Made by a program: the position numbers and the translations under genes. Below are positions 1 to 8,977 of a stretch of 64,000 bases of DNA, piece by piece. Each line of letters opens with the position of its first letter. Position 1 is the first letter of the stretch. Source of the DNA: Patescibacteria group bacterium (lineage in GTDB: Bacteria; Patescibacteriota; Saccharimonadia; UBA4664; SCTI01); the NCBI GenBank assembly GCA_004297735.1, contig SCTI01000002.1, forward strand, positions 350,180-414,179, in the 5' to 3' direction. Below the pieces are notes generated by a model. That model was not told the DNA's origin and ran no database searches. It saw only the letters and a program-made list of their open reading frames with translations.

Positions 1-423
1 TGGATCAATCCCCATATTCTGAGAGACCATGTCTATCACGTGAAAAACCAGCTCTCCATGTTGGCCCAGGGCTGGTCTAACCGTGATAGCGGCTACATAG
101 TCAGGGGACGAATTGACCTTGAGCCGTGCAATACGACGATAGGCCGCCGCTAGCTCCTCCTTTATGACTGACACCTGAATACGCAGAAGATCTCGATCAG
201 CTTCTACGGAAGCGATCTTTTGCTTGGCGCCATGAAGAGCAGTGGTTGCGCGGGCGGCTTTGAGGGTGGCCTCAGCGGTTCTTCGCTCGGAGGCACCCAG
301 TTCTTTAAGAAGTTGGTTGTCTTCTTTTGCACTGGTTAGCTGATCAAGAGCTTCAGCCATTTTGGCCATCTCGCCCTCAAGCTGCTTCAGTCGTTCGCTA
401 TCGGACAGAGTGTTATTGGCCAT
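1..423 (-). CDS. Hypothetical coiled-coil protein (partial; runs off the window start)
   Basis: Manual translation from ATG at 423: MANNTLSDSERLKQLEGEMAKMAEALDQL..., open to position 1; heptad-like L/E/K/A composition. Confidence 0.6.
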   Translation of the reverse strand, partial: MANNTLSDSERLKQLEGEMAKMAEALDQLTSAKEDNQLLKELGASERRTAEATLKAARATTALHGAKQKIASVEADRDLLRIQVSVIKEELAAAYRRIARLKVNSSPDYVAAITVRPALGQHGELVFHVIDMVSQNMGIDP

Positions 424-569
424 CTGAACTCACTTTCAAAGATCGGAGGACTAGAGTTATATTGATGCCGAAATCCGGTTTTTACAAGCATAGGCGGTAT
501 TTTTAATAAAAGGAAGAATGGTAGTATAGGCACTGAAGATCAGCACTAAATATTTATGCAGGAGATTGG

Positions 570-1166
570 TTGATGTCGGGGGAGCGGTTCGGAAGTCCGG
601 GTGGTGAAATAAGGAAGTTTGAAGAAATAACCGAGAAGGATAAGCGTGACTTTAAGGCGCTGATACTAGAGCTAGCGAGCAGCCCCAGTTTGCTCAAAAG
701 CGCAACGATAGAGGTAGTAGAAGGCAATTTGTATGAAGAGATTTCTTACCAAATGAGAGACGGAAGAGTAATAATACTAGATGTTGATAAATCGAGCGAG
801 TTGCATCCAGATCCGCCAAGCTATTTTTCGGTAGGAATCAAGGAATCGGAGGGCATGAAATTGAATGAAGACGGAGAGCGTTATTCAATTACTAAATACT
901 ATGATATTCACGATAGCGTTGACACGATTCAGACTAGTATAGAGAGTAGTACCGACGAAGACTTTCACAATAACATGAGGCAAGAGGAGGGGGACAGTAC
1001 CGCGGTAATAAACCGCAAAGAGCAGCAGGAGGCTGATGTTGAAGATGGAAGGGTGCTTGAAGAAGAAATGGGTTTTTCTGATGCAAATGCAGAAGAGATA
1101 CGCGAGGTAATTCAAACCCTAAGAGCACTTAAGGAAGAGGTTATGGCTCCGCCGCCTTCTGCCTGA
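570..1166 (+). CDS. Hypothetical acidic protein
   Basis: 198-aa ORF, SD-like AGGAG upstream, no recognisable motif. Confidence 0.6.
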   Translation: MMSGERFGSPGGEIRKFEEITEKDKRDFKALILELASSPSLLKSATIEVVEGNLYEEISYQMRDGRVIILDVDKSSELHPDPPSYFSVGIKESEGMKLNEDGERYSITKYYDIHDSVDTIQTSIESSTDEDFHNNMRQEEGDSTAVINRKEQQEADVEDGRVLEEEMGFSDANAEEIREVIQTLRALKEEVMAPPPSA

Positions 1167-1259
1167 GTAGGTATTTGTTATGCTACACTAACGGTGAAGT
1201 GAGCGGCCAAGTAGGCGGCTCGTTTTGTTCTTGTCCTTGTTTCAACCCGGGAGAATACT

Positions 1260-1529
1260 ATGCCGAATCCACCGGAGGCTTCTGACTTGGCGGTTGCTTT
1301 GGTGACTGCCGTTATCGCCCAGGACTCAGATGTTCAAGATGCCATGCTTGCACGCGCAACGGAAGAGCAGACAATTGGTGCCTGTCTGCTCTTGGCGTCG
1401 CTGGTTGCTATAACGGTTAGACAGACAGCCGAAGTTGAGGGCATCTCTCCCGAGGAGGTCTGGCAGTTGATTGCTCCAGCACTCAAGGCAATCGCGTCTC
1501 AAGGCGATGATGAAGTGGCCCCCGAGTAA
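1260..1529 (+). CDS. Hypothetical helical protein
   Basis: 89-aa ORF with GGGAG upstream. Confidence 0.55.
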   Translation: MPNPPEASDLAVALVTAVIAQDSDVQDAMLARATEEQTIGACLLLASLVAITVRQTAEVEGISPEEVWQLIAPALKAIASQGDDEVAPE

Positions 1530-1582
1530 TATCGGGGGCTGTAGTTTTTCGGGTATACTAAACAAGTAACGGGAGCTTTCTC

Positions 1583-2308
1583 ATGACAGAAACTAAAGTT
1601 TATCTCGATTTTTCCGGATTAAAGGCATTATTCATTAACTGCACCTTAAAAAAATCTCCGGAGGTAAGTAATACCGAGGGGCTTCTGAGTGTCAGTCGTG
1701 AAATTATGGAGAAGCACGGAGTTAAGACCGAGCTGATTCGAGCCATAGACCATGATATTGCGCAAGGAGTGTACCCAGACATGACCGAGCACGGCTGGGA
1801 TAGCGATGAGTGGCCGGAGCTTTATAAAAAGGTTCAGGCAGCGGACATTCTGGTGCTGACCGGGCCAATCTGGCTAGGAGATAATAGTTCAGAGATGAAA
1901 AAGGTGATTGAGCGACTGTATGCCTGTTCGTCCGAGCTAAATGATCGGGGACAGTATGCCTATTACGGCAAGGTTGGCGGATGTGTGATTACCGGCAATG
2001 AGGACGGAATTAAGCACTGCGCCATGAATGTTTTGTATAGCCTGCAGCATTTAGGCTACGTGATTCCGCCGCAGGCCGATGCCGGTTGGATTGGCGAGGT
2101 TGGGCCTGGTCCTTCGTATCTAGATAAAGGCTCGGGCGGTCCGGACAATGACTTTACCAACCGCAACACCACCTTTATGACCTGGAACTTGATGCATTTG
2201 GCGCGAATGCTTAAACAGGCTGGCGGCATGCCACCCTATGGCAACCAGCGGGCAGCTTGGGACGATGGCCAGCGCTTTGACTTTGAAAATCCAGAGTATC
2301 GCCGGTAA
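1583..2308 (+). CDS. Flavodoxin-fold NAD(P)H-dependent FMN reductase family protein
   Basis: INCTLK...SNT phosphate loop, ADILVLTGPIWLG, GKVGGCVITGNEDG motifs. Confidence 0.85.
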   Translation: MTETKVYLDFSGLKALFINCTLKKSPEVSNTEGLLSVSREIMEKHGVKTELIRAIDHDIAQGVYPDMTEHGWDSDEWPELYKKVQAADILVLTGPIWLGDNSSEMKKVIERLYACSSELNDRGQYAYYGKVGGCVITGNEDGIKHCAMNVLYSLQHLGYVIPPQADAGWIGEVGPGPSYLDKGSGGPDNDFTNRNTTFMTWNLMHLARMLKQAGGMPPYGNQRAAWDDGQRFDFENPEYRR

Positions 2309-2430
2309 TTCATTATTCACATTTTGCTTAAGGTATGAGAGCATCATGCTCTTGTCGGCGGACGTGATAGAATTATCCCAGGTGAGCTACGGCTCACATT
2401 TTTGTTCGCACAAGCGAAAGTGAGATTGAC

Positions 2431-3141
2431 ATGCTGAATGAGCGAAAGCCGCTAACACCCATGCAGATACTGGTATTGAGCTATATAGCTCAGGCAGATA
2501 TGGCGGCATCAAAGGCATCCACTTATAGTCTAACTTTTGAGTGGGCGTTATTCACCTCTGCCCCTTCTGCCCTAGGGGATGGAATAATTACTGCAATCGT
2601 TGCTGACGGGGTTTTTAATAGCCCTCGGGGCGTGCTGTTTCCCAAGTGGGGTAAGGGTGAGGTTGAGCAGTATTTGACCATTAAGCAGGCAGGGGAGCTA
2701 GCCCAGCATTTCAGGACTAAGGCCTCAGAGCTAGATCTAATTACCGAAAAATCGTGGAAGTGGTGGGATGTCTCCTTTTGGAGGGACGACTCACAGGAGT
2801 GGAGTATGGGTCGAAAAGAAGGTGAGGAAATTGCTATCGCCCTTGAAGCCGCCATCGACTTTGTCGTTTATGGGCCTCAGGAATGGCCGATTCCTAAGCC
2901 AACTCCAACTGCCATCGAAGATATACACAAGCCGGTTACCGGCGAGTGTTTCGATGATGAGACCAACGACTTCGTACCGGTAGAGCTGTGCGAGCATTGT
3001 TTTGCTCAGCCCGATTTACCCGATGGTCCGGCCCATGATGAGTTAGGGACATTCGAGGGTTACTACCATCGTCGCTGGCCATGCCCAACGATTCGGGCGC
3101 TGTGTGGAAAAATGTCTGCAGGAGGCGATAATGACGTTTGA
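2431..3141 (+). CDS. Hypothetical protein with C-terminal putative Zn-binding motif (H..CEHC...WPCPT)
   Basis: 236-aa ORF; Cys/His cluster at the C-terminus. Confidence 0.55.
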   Translation: MLNERKPLTPMQILVLSYIAQADMAASKASTYSLTFEWALFTSAPSALGDGIITAIVADGVFNSPRGVLFPKWGKGEVEQYLTIKQAGELAQHFRTKASELDLITEKSWKWWDVSFWRDDSQEWSMGRKEGEEIAIALEAAIDFVVYGPQEWPIPKPTPTAIEDIHKPVTGECFDDETNDFVPVELCEHCFAQPDLPDGPAHDELGTFEGYYHRRWPCPTIRALCGKMSAGGDNDV

Positions 3142-3200
3142 AGAAAAGGCCGACTTGATTCTGAAGGCGGTCGCAGAGGAGTTCAACGTGTCAAAGTTCA

Positions 3201-3236
3201 CGGACCTCACTTTCGGGTGGGGTCCGCTTTGTTTTT
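3201..3236 (+). terminator. Intrinsic terminator
   Basis: CGGACCTCACT-TTCG-GGTGGGGTCCG hairpin followed by CTTTGTTTTT. Confidence 0.6.
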
Positions 3237-3258
3237 ACTTCTCTATGTTACTTATAAC

Positions 3259-4149
3259 TTAACTTCGTTTTACCTTGTAAACATCCTGGTAGTACCAGCT
3301 GGCTCCGGCGGCAACTAGCAGAATTAGGGCGATAGCGAGCAGGATACTAGATTGGTTGTTAAAGGTTGTAATGAAGGCGTTGTAGACGTTTTCGACCACG
3401 GTACGAACATTGGTGTCGGAGACCTGCGCCAGGATAGGTGGCTTAAACAACGGTCCAATCATGAGGGCGGTGATCCAGAATATACCCACAAAACCGGCTT
3501 GAACCGCCAGGACTACGTGCAGCGCCTTTAGATTTTGGCGTTGACGGTAAATTGGGTAGACCAATAGGCCAAGTGCGGCCAGTAGCGAGATGGGCCCTAG
3601 CCATAGCAACACCGTACCCATTACGTAAATGTTGGGCAGCTTGGTGGCGTCAACCAAGGTAATGGTGTCGGGGAGGTCTTCTGGGTTAAAGCGGTCTTCA
3701 TCAACCGTTTTACCGGTGGTTTGTTCAGCTAAGTCGAGCACCTTGGTGATTGTGTCCTTGATTGGAACCAGGTTGATTTCGATCGACTGGGGATCTTTTG
3801 AGGTGATGATGGTGTGTAATCGGCTGATGCTACGTTCCACCACTGTTTCGGCGACGTTTGAATCAAGTAGTCCTGCGACTAGCTTGGTGGCCGGTTCTTG
3901 AATTGCGCGCTGTGCTACGGGTCGGTTTTGGAGGGCCTTGTCGACCACCGCAGTGGCGAGGGCGGTCCGGCTGGAGTCGCTAAGTAGCGCCTCGGTTGTA
4001 ACATTGGTGAAGTTGGTGGTGTTAAAGATGTAGTTGTTAAACCAGAGCGCCGAGTTGGCAATAAGTAATAGTAGGCTGGCGCCAAAAGCGGTCCCAATTA
4101 AAACTCGCATCCGTACGGTTAGGCTTGAGTTTGTCTGTGTGTTCGCCAT
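3259..4149 (-). CDS. Integral membrane protein (N-terminal TM, extracytoplasmic helical domain, 3 C-terminal TMs)
   Basis: 296-aa ORF with four hydrophobic segments. Confidence 0.7.
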   Translation of the reverse strand: MANTQTNSSLTVRMRVLIGTAFGASLLLLIANSALWFNNYIFNTTNFTNVTTEALLSDSSRTALATAVVDKALQNRPVAQRAIQEPATKLVAGLLDSNVAETVVERSISRLHTIITSKDPQSIEINLVPIKDTITKVLDLAEQTTGKTVDEDRFNPEDLPDTITLVDATKLPNIYVMGTVLLWLGPISLLAALGLLVYPIYRQRQNLKALHVVLAVQAGFVGIFWITALMIGPLFKPPILAQVSDTNVRTVVENVYNAFITTFNNQSSILLAIALILLVAAGASWYYQDVYKVKRS

Positions 4150-4324
4150 AGTTACAACCCTTTATACAGCCATAATACACCTATGTTGTAAGTAATCAAC
4201 AACAGATCTTACAAAGTGGCAGTTGTAATTGTGGCAATTGCCAAAGCTAGATGATGGCTGCGGGAGTAAGCTAAAAGTGTAAGTTAACATAGCAGCAGAT
4301 CGGGGATGCCGCGGAGGAGGAGTT

Positions 4325-4750
4325 ATGGCAACAACAACAACCAAAACAACCGGCTGGGTTGGCTGGGTAGCATTTGGGGCGGCGATGATGATGCTATCGG
4401 GGGTGTACCAACTAGTCGTTGGCTTTGCCGCCATTTTTAACAGTGACTGGCTAGTATTTGCTAACCAGGGGGTTTACTTGCTGGATTTGACCTCGTGGGG
4501 CTGGGTACATGCCTTGCTGGGTGTCCTGCTGATTGGCTCGGGCATCTCGCTGTTTAGCGGCAGCGCGCTAGGGCGAGCCGTTGGCACCGTGGTGGTGTCT
4601 TTGGCAATTTTGGCAAACCTGCTCTTCTTGTTTGCTCTACCGGTCTGGTCGGTAATGGCCTTGATCGTTGATTCTTTGGTACTTTACGCAATCTTGGCTC
4701 ATGGCGACGAAATGAAGCCGTTGGCTGAAACTAGCGATCACAACTATTAA
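4325..4750 (+). CDS. Four-TM membrane protein of actinobacterial type (DUF7144-like)
   Basis: GWVAFGAAMM...LDLTSWGWVHALLG...PVWS pattern; strong SD GGAGGAG. Confidence 0.7.
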   Translation: MATTTTKTTGWVGWVAFGAAMMMLSGVYQLVVGFAAIFNSDWLVFANQGVYLLDLTSWGWVHALLGVLLIGSGISLFSGSALGRAVGTVVVSLAILANLLFLFALPVWSVMALIVDSLVLYAILAHGDEMKPLAETSDHNY

Positions 4751-4818
4751 GCGGGTAATGGTTGACGCGGTTAAAACAATGGGTCTAGTATGACCTCAGG
4801 ATTAGACCAAAGGTAAAA

Positions 4819-5946
4819 ATGTCTCAGCTACAGACCGGCATTTCGGCGGCGGCGGCCGACCGCATAGCACTTAGGTGGTATGCGGTTCCGGCCGTTGTTG
4901 TTGGCTTGGTGGCTCTGGCATGGTTCGTAGCCAGTGGCGCCCCAACCATTGGAATCACCGGTGAGCTGTCTATAGCCAGGATAGCAATTTATGGTACTTT
5001 GGTGGCTGGTATTTTGGTGTTTGGTTACGCCTATCGTTACGGTCAGATTAACCGAGGTGCATGGCAAAAACTGAACGGTCCTACCCGGGCTCTAGATATT
5101 ACAACCCTGACCATATCCCATGCCGTGGTTGTGGTGGCGCTGGTGGCCTTACTATGTTTTGTGCTTACCAATGCTTTTAAGGGCTTGATGTTTGACCCAT
5201 ATACAGCCGCCTTATTGGTGTCGGCGATGGTCGGTATGGCTAGCTACGCGTTAATTATTTTGGCGCTGAATATTAATATTGGCCAGATTGTGGCGATGCT
5301 GGCAGTGGTATTAATTGGAGGAGTGTTGTTGGCGATGGTAACAAACCAGCAGGCCAATTGGTGGCAGATCAACTTTAGCTACCTGGGGTCGGCCGACTCA
5401 GCCAACAGCTTAGCTTTCAACCTAACCTTGGTATTTTCTGGCTTGATGATGGTGGCACTATCGCGGTTTGTTTTTGACCAGCCAAAACAGCTTTACGGTA
5501 AATCAGCCCAGCACATCAAAATCCTGGAGGGACTGTTTATAGCTACAGCCTTGGCTTTAGCAGGAGTTGGCCTGTTTCCTTACACGCCAGATACTATTTT
5601 GGTATATCTACATAACTGGTCGGCGACCTTGCTAGTAGTATTTATCTTGGCAATGATAGTCGGCTTACGCTGGTATGTTCCATCCATTTCGCGCGAGTTT
5701 ACCTATACCTCATACATGATCGCTCTAGTGTTAACGATAATGGTTTGGTTATTCCAGGGTATTGGGTATTTGAGTTTAACCGCCTTCGAACTAAGCGCCT
5801 TTGGCGTAAGTTTTGTCTGGCTGGTGCTGCTAATGCGCAACTTGCAGTTATTGCCGAAGCCAGATCCTGCGAGGCAGGAGCAGGTGGTGCCGGCTAAGGT
5901 CCAGGCTAAAAGCCCCGCTCGACGACCCTCGGTTGTCAGTATTTAA
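4819..5946 (+). CDS. Multi-pass membrane protein, DUF998-like C-terminal half
   Basis: About 10 TMs; WWQINFSYLG, FNLTLVFSG, GVGLFP, LHN motifs. Confidence 0.65.
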   Translation: MSQLQTGISAAAADRIALRWYAVPAVVVGLVALAWFVASGAPTIGITGELSIARIAIYGTLVAGILVFGYAYRYGQINRGAWQKLNGPTRALDITTLTISHAVVVVALVALLCFVLTNAFKGLMFDPYTAALLVSAMVGMASYALIILALNINIGQIVAMLAVVLIGGVLLAMVTNQQANWWQINFSYLGSADSANSLAFNLTLVFSGLMMVALSRFVFDQPKQLYGKSAQHIKILEGLFIATALALAGVGLFPYTPDTILVYLHNWSATLLVVFILAMIVGLRWYVPSISREFTYTSYMIALVLTIMVWLFQGIGYLSLTAFELSAFGVSFVWLVLLMRNLQLLPKPDPARQEQVVPAKVQAKSPARRPSVVSI

Positions 5947-6226
5947 GTAGCTGGTCGGTGTCGCTGGGTGCGGCGGCTTGATCTGTAGATCGCTTGCGCC
6001 GTTTGGCAAAAAAGCGCCAGGCAAAAATACCGACCGCTACCGCTAGCAAGATTGCTCCGCCCCAAAACAGTAGGCCGGGACCGGTGTTTGGTAGAGGCAG
6101 ATTAAAGCCACCGGTGCTATCGGTGCTGCCGTAGCGCAGACCCCCATAAGTACCTTCGCCGTAAGCTTGGGCTCGAAGTACCAAGTGAGATAAAAACTGC
6201 ATAAGCTGACTAAATACTTCCACCAA
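5936..6226 (-). CDS. Small LPxTG-anchored protein with a Gly-Tyr motif (start may be ATG at 6202)
   Basis: AQAYGEGTYGGLRYG...LPNTG, then a hydrophobic helix and basic tail AKRRKR. Confidence 0.7.
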   Translation of the reverse strand: MVEVFSQLMQFLSHLVLRAQAYGEGTYGGLRYGSTDSTGGFNLPLPNTGPGLLFWGGAILLAVAVGIFAWRFFAKRRKRSTDQAAAPSDTDQLLKY

Positions 6227-6300
6227 ATTACCCTTTTACAATGCTTATGCTCATGATATCATAAACTTAACGTGTGATTTAAGTGGGGAAGGAAAAAGTA

Positions 6301-6510
6301 GTGTTTTTTGGCAAGTTTGAAGAATTGTTAATCATCCTCCTGATCGTTTTGATCTTGTTCGGAGGCAAGAAGATTCCTGAATTGGCTCGCAGCATCGGTA
6401 CTTCGGTACGTGAAGTCCGCAAGGGTGTTCGCGGCGAAGATGACGATAGTCAGGTTAAGACCGCTCAGACTACTCGCAGCAGCAAGACCGCAGCCGCTAA
6501 GAAGAGCTAG
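6301..6510 (+). CDS. tatA: Twin-arginine translocase TatA/E
   Basis: ELLIILLIVLILFGGKKIPELARSIG: FG hinge plus amphipathic helix; GTG start 7 nt after GGAAGGA. Confidence 0.9.
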   Translation: MFFGKFEELLIILLIVLILFGGKKIPELARSIGTSVREVRKGVRGEDDDSQVKTAQTTRSSKTAAAKKS

Positions 6511-6516
6511 ATATCG

Positions 6517-7482
6517 GTGGCGACAACCACTGCTATCCATCATGGCCACCAGCCGTTTCTCGACCATATGTACGAGCTTCGGTCCAGAGTGCTTTGGTCG
6601 GTGGCAGTGGTTTTTGCTGGGGCGGCGATTGGATATTTATTCCGCAACCAGCTGATTAGCGCCTTGGCCCAGCCACTCAATATGCCGCTTTATTACACCT
6701 CGCCCAGCGGTGGTTTTTTGTTTGTCATGCAGGTGTGCATGCTGGCTGGTGGACTGATTGCTCTGCCGGTATTTTTGTATAACGGCATCCGTTTTTTTGA
6801 GCCGGCCTTTGCAAAAAGCCGGCTGAGTCGTCAAAAAATTGGGGTCATTATTGCGGCCTCGGCGGTACTGGCAACCGCCGGAGTGCTATTTGCTTACGTC
6901 GTGGTGCTACCAGCTTCGATTCACTTTTTTAGCATGTTTAATGTTGGGCCAGTAAACGCTTGGATTTCGGCAAAAGAGTATTTAACCTTTGCCACCAGCT
7001 ACCTCATGTTGATGGCCTTTTTGTTTCAGCTCCCGCTGATTTTACTGGTGGCTAACTCGATTCGGCGCTTTCCGCCCGGATCAATTGGTAAGTGGCGCAA
7101 ATGGGTGGTGATTGGCAGTTTTGTGGTAGCGGTCCCGCTAACTTACGACATTATGAGCCAAGTTTTAATGGCGGTGCCAATTATTTTGCTTTATGAAATT
7201 TCCGGCTTAATGGTTTGGTCGTTTAATCGGCGACATCATCAAAGGCAGGCGATGATGAGCCATGGAATAACCGGTCTAGAAGATGTTCAATGGGTGGAGC
7301 CAGACCTGCTGGCCGCTTACTTGCAGAGTCAGTCTAATCAGCAAGAGCCGGCTCCGGTCGTGGCGGCTGCGACCGATCCAGCTCCTATTAACGATCAACC
7401 GTTTATGGAAGCACCCCATGTCGAGCCGACTACTCCAACTAAAACCACTCTTGACCAGTCCGGCCCGCTTCAGTTAGGATAA
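6517..7482 (+). CDS. tatC: Twin-arginine translocase TatC
   Basis: FLDHMYELRSR, FQLPLI, PIILLYE motifs; 6 TMs; follows tatA. Confidence 0.9.
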   Translation: MATTTAIHHGHQPFLDHMYELRSRVLWSVAVVFAGAAIGYLFRNQLISALAQPLNMPLYYTSPSGGFLFVMQVCMLAGGLIALPVFLYNGIRFFEPAFAKSRLSRQKIGVIIAASAVLATAGVLFAYVVVLPASIHFFSMFNVGPVNAWISAKEYLTFATSYLMLMAFLFQLPLILLVANSIRRFPPGSIGKWRKWVVIGSFVVAVPLTYDIMSQVLMAVPIILLYEISGLMVWSFNRRHHQRQAMMSHGITGLEDVQWVEPDLLAAYLQSQSNQQEPAPVVAAATDPAPINDQPFMEAPHVEPTTPTKTTLDQSGPLQLG

Positions 7483-7513
7483 GCACAAGCATTAAAACAG
7501 ACATAGGAGTTAT

Positions 7514-7732
7514 ATGGCTAAGTTACTTGACGATGTTTTATCGCAAGAGATGGATCGCAAAGAGTTTTTGGTGCGCGTCGGTGCCGGTGCCATGGCACTT
7601 GTTGGCATCTCGGGAATGATCAAGGGTCTTACCGGTACAATGGGCGGCGGCCAGGTTAACGGTTACGGATCGGGTTCCTACGGTGGGGTTGAGCCAAGCC
7701 AGCATCAAGCTGGTTCCACCAAACCTTTCTAG
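7514..7732 (+). CDS. Small protein with a Tat-like signal (DRKEFL) and Gly-Tyr tail
   Basis: SD AGGAG; MDRKEFL, then a hydrophobic stretch, then GYGSGSYGG; immediately after tatC. Confidence 0.7.
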   Translation: MAKLLDDVLSQEMDRKEFLVRVGAGAMALVGISGMIKGLTGTMGGGQVNGYGSGSYGGVEPSQHQAGSTKPF

Positions 7733-7746
7733 AAGGTTCAAACTTT

Positions 7747-7774
7747 AAAAAGCCGGCAGTTAGCCGGTTTTTTT
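7747..7774 (+). terminator. Intrinsic terminator of the tat operon
   Basis: AAAAAGCCGGC-AGTTA-GCCGGTTTTTTT. Confidence 0.8.
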
Positions 7775-7884
7775 GTGCTTACAAAACCCTTGCGCTTATA
7801 AAAATAAACGCTTATGCTATATATAGAGTTATAAATAATACAAAAGCTCTATATATGGTGTAAAAACACAAGCAAGGGGGATAC

Positions 7885-7974
7885 ATGGTTGAGGGGGAAA
7901 ACCAAAAGATACAAAATACAAACAAACAATCACGTGCCATTGGGAGGGCGCACGCGCCACCACAAATAAGCTAA
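7885..7974 (+). CDS. 29-aa putative leader/arrest peptide (RAHAPP)
   Basis: AAGGGGG SD; translates MVEGENQKIQNTNKQSRAIGRAHAPPQIS*; not in the ORF track. Confidence 0.5.
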   Translation: MVEGENQKIQNTNKQSRAIGRAHAPPQIS

Positions 7975-8002
7975 TATCGAACGCTAGTCAGATGTCAGAG
8001 CT

Positions 8003-8033
8003 AAAAGCCTCCAAACCTGGAGGCTTTTCATTT
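8003..8033 (+). terminator. Intrinsic terminator / possible attenuator
   Basis: AAAAGCCTCCA-AACC-TGGAGGCTTTT followed by CATTT. Confidence 0.75.
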
Positions 8034-8101
8034 ATTTTTAGGTCAGTACCTTAATTTAATAATTATTTAATATTTGATTGTTATTATCCAAATACGATCA
8101 A

Positions 8102-8130
8102 TTGCTCTTTGGGCGAAAGATCCGCATAAT
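8102..8130 (+). promoter_or_regulatory. Candidate sigma70 promoter of the response regulator operon
   Basis: TTGCTC-17 nt-CATAAT. Confidence 0.45.
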
Positions 8131-8161
8131 ATCAAATAATTGCGAGGGAAAGGCAAAAACC

Positions 8162-8860
8162 GTGCGCATATTGGTAATTGAAGACGATTCAGCGATGGTA
8201 GCGGCGATCCGGCGCAGTCTACAGTCGAACTACATTATCGATGTAGCGACAAATGGACACGATGGACTGCACTTGGCTGACATCAACCAGTATGACTTGG
8301 TAATGCTAGATCTTAGCTTGCCCGACTGCTCCGGCTTAACGGTTTGCAGTAAGTTGAGGGCAAATGGTTACACCACACCGATTTTGGTGGTAACCGCTCG
8401 TGCTGAGGTCCAGGACAAGGTTTCGCTGCTAGATGTAGGGGCTGATGACTACCTGACCAAGCCCTTTAGCTTAGACGAACTTAAGGCGCGTATTCGAGCG
8501 TTGCTCCGCCGCGAGGGCGGCACCAGCTACAACAGTCAAATTGTGGTGGGTGATCTGGTGGTTGATACCGCGAGTCGTAGCGTTTCGATGCGCGGCCAAT
8601 CGGTTCCGTTGCGTCGCAAAGAGTTTGATTTGCTAGAATATCTGGCTCGCAGTGCCGGCAAGACTCTGACCCGCCAAATGATCCTAGATCATGTTTGGGA
8701 GATGAATGACAACATTTGGACCAATGCAATTGATGTGCATATTAAATACTTGCGCGACAAAATCGACCGTCGGTTTGGTGTGCGGATGATACAGACGGTC
8801 CATGGAATTGGCTACAAGTTGGAATTACCGCAACCAGCAATCGGTGGCAAAAGGAGGTGA
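8162..8860 (+). CDS. OmpR/PhoB-family response regulator
   Basis: RILVIEDD, MLDLSLPD (phospho-Asp), GADDYLTKPF, winged helix DVHIKYLRDKI...TVHGIGY; GTG start at 8162 preferred over 8078. Confidence 0.92.
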   Translation: MRILVIEDDSAMVAAIRRSLQSNYIIDVATNGHDGLHLADINQYDLVMLDLSLPDCSGLTVCSKLRANGYTTPILVVTARAEVQDKVSLLDVGADDYLTKPFSLDELKARIRALLRREGGTSYNSQIVVGDLVVDTASRSVSMRGQSVPLRRKEFDLLEYLARSAGKTLTRQMILDHVWEMNDNIWTNAIDVHIKYLRDKIDRRFGVRMIQTVHGIGYKLELPQPAIGGKRR

Positions 8861-8865
8861 TGAGT

Positions 8866-8976
8866 ATGAGTGAGATCATTGAAGCGGTTTTAACCGATAC
8901 CAGCGTTCGCGACCAAGAAAAGTTAGCGAAGGTGGTAGCCCAACAGGCCGGGGAGTTCATTCCATGGGGGTCATAG
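8866..8976 (+). CDS. 36-aa putative signalling-peptide/RiPP precursor with Trp at -3 (ComX-like)
   Basis: Perfect SD AAGGAGGTGA (8851-8860); MSEIIEAVLTDTSVRDQEKLAKVVAQQAGEFIPWGS*; fills the gap between regulator and kinase. Confidence 0.8.
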   Translation: MSEIIEAVLTDTSVRDQEKLAKVVAQQAGEFIPWGS

Positions 8977-8977
8977 G

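Noticed and set aside
7819-8030. Known riboswitch or T-box upstream of the response regulator
   Set aside because: No recognisable aptamer or T-box consensus by eye; a short ORF plus terminator explains the region better (an Rfam scan would settle it)
8078-8161. N-terminal extension of the response regulator in the ORF track
   Set aside because: The receiver domain begins at GTG 8162, and the extension overlaps a promoter-like AT-rich region
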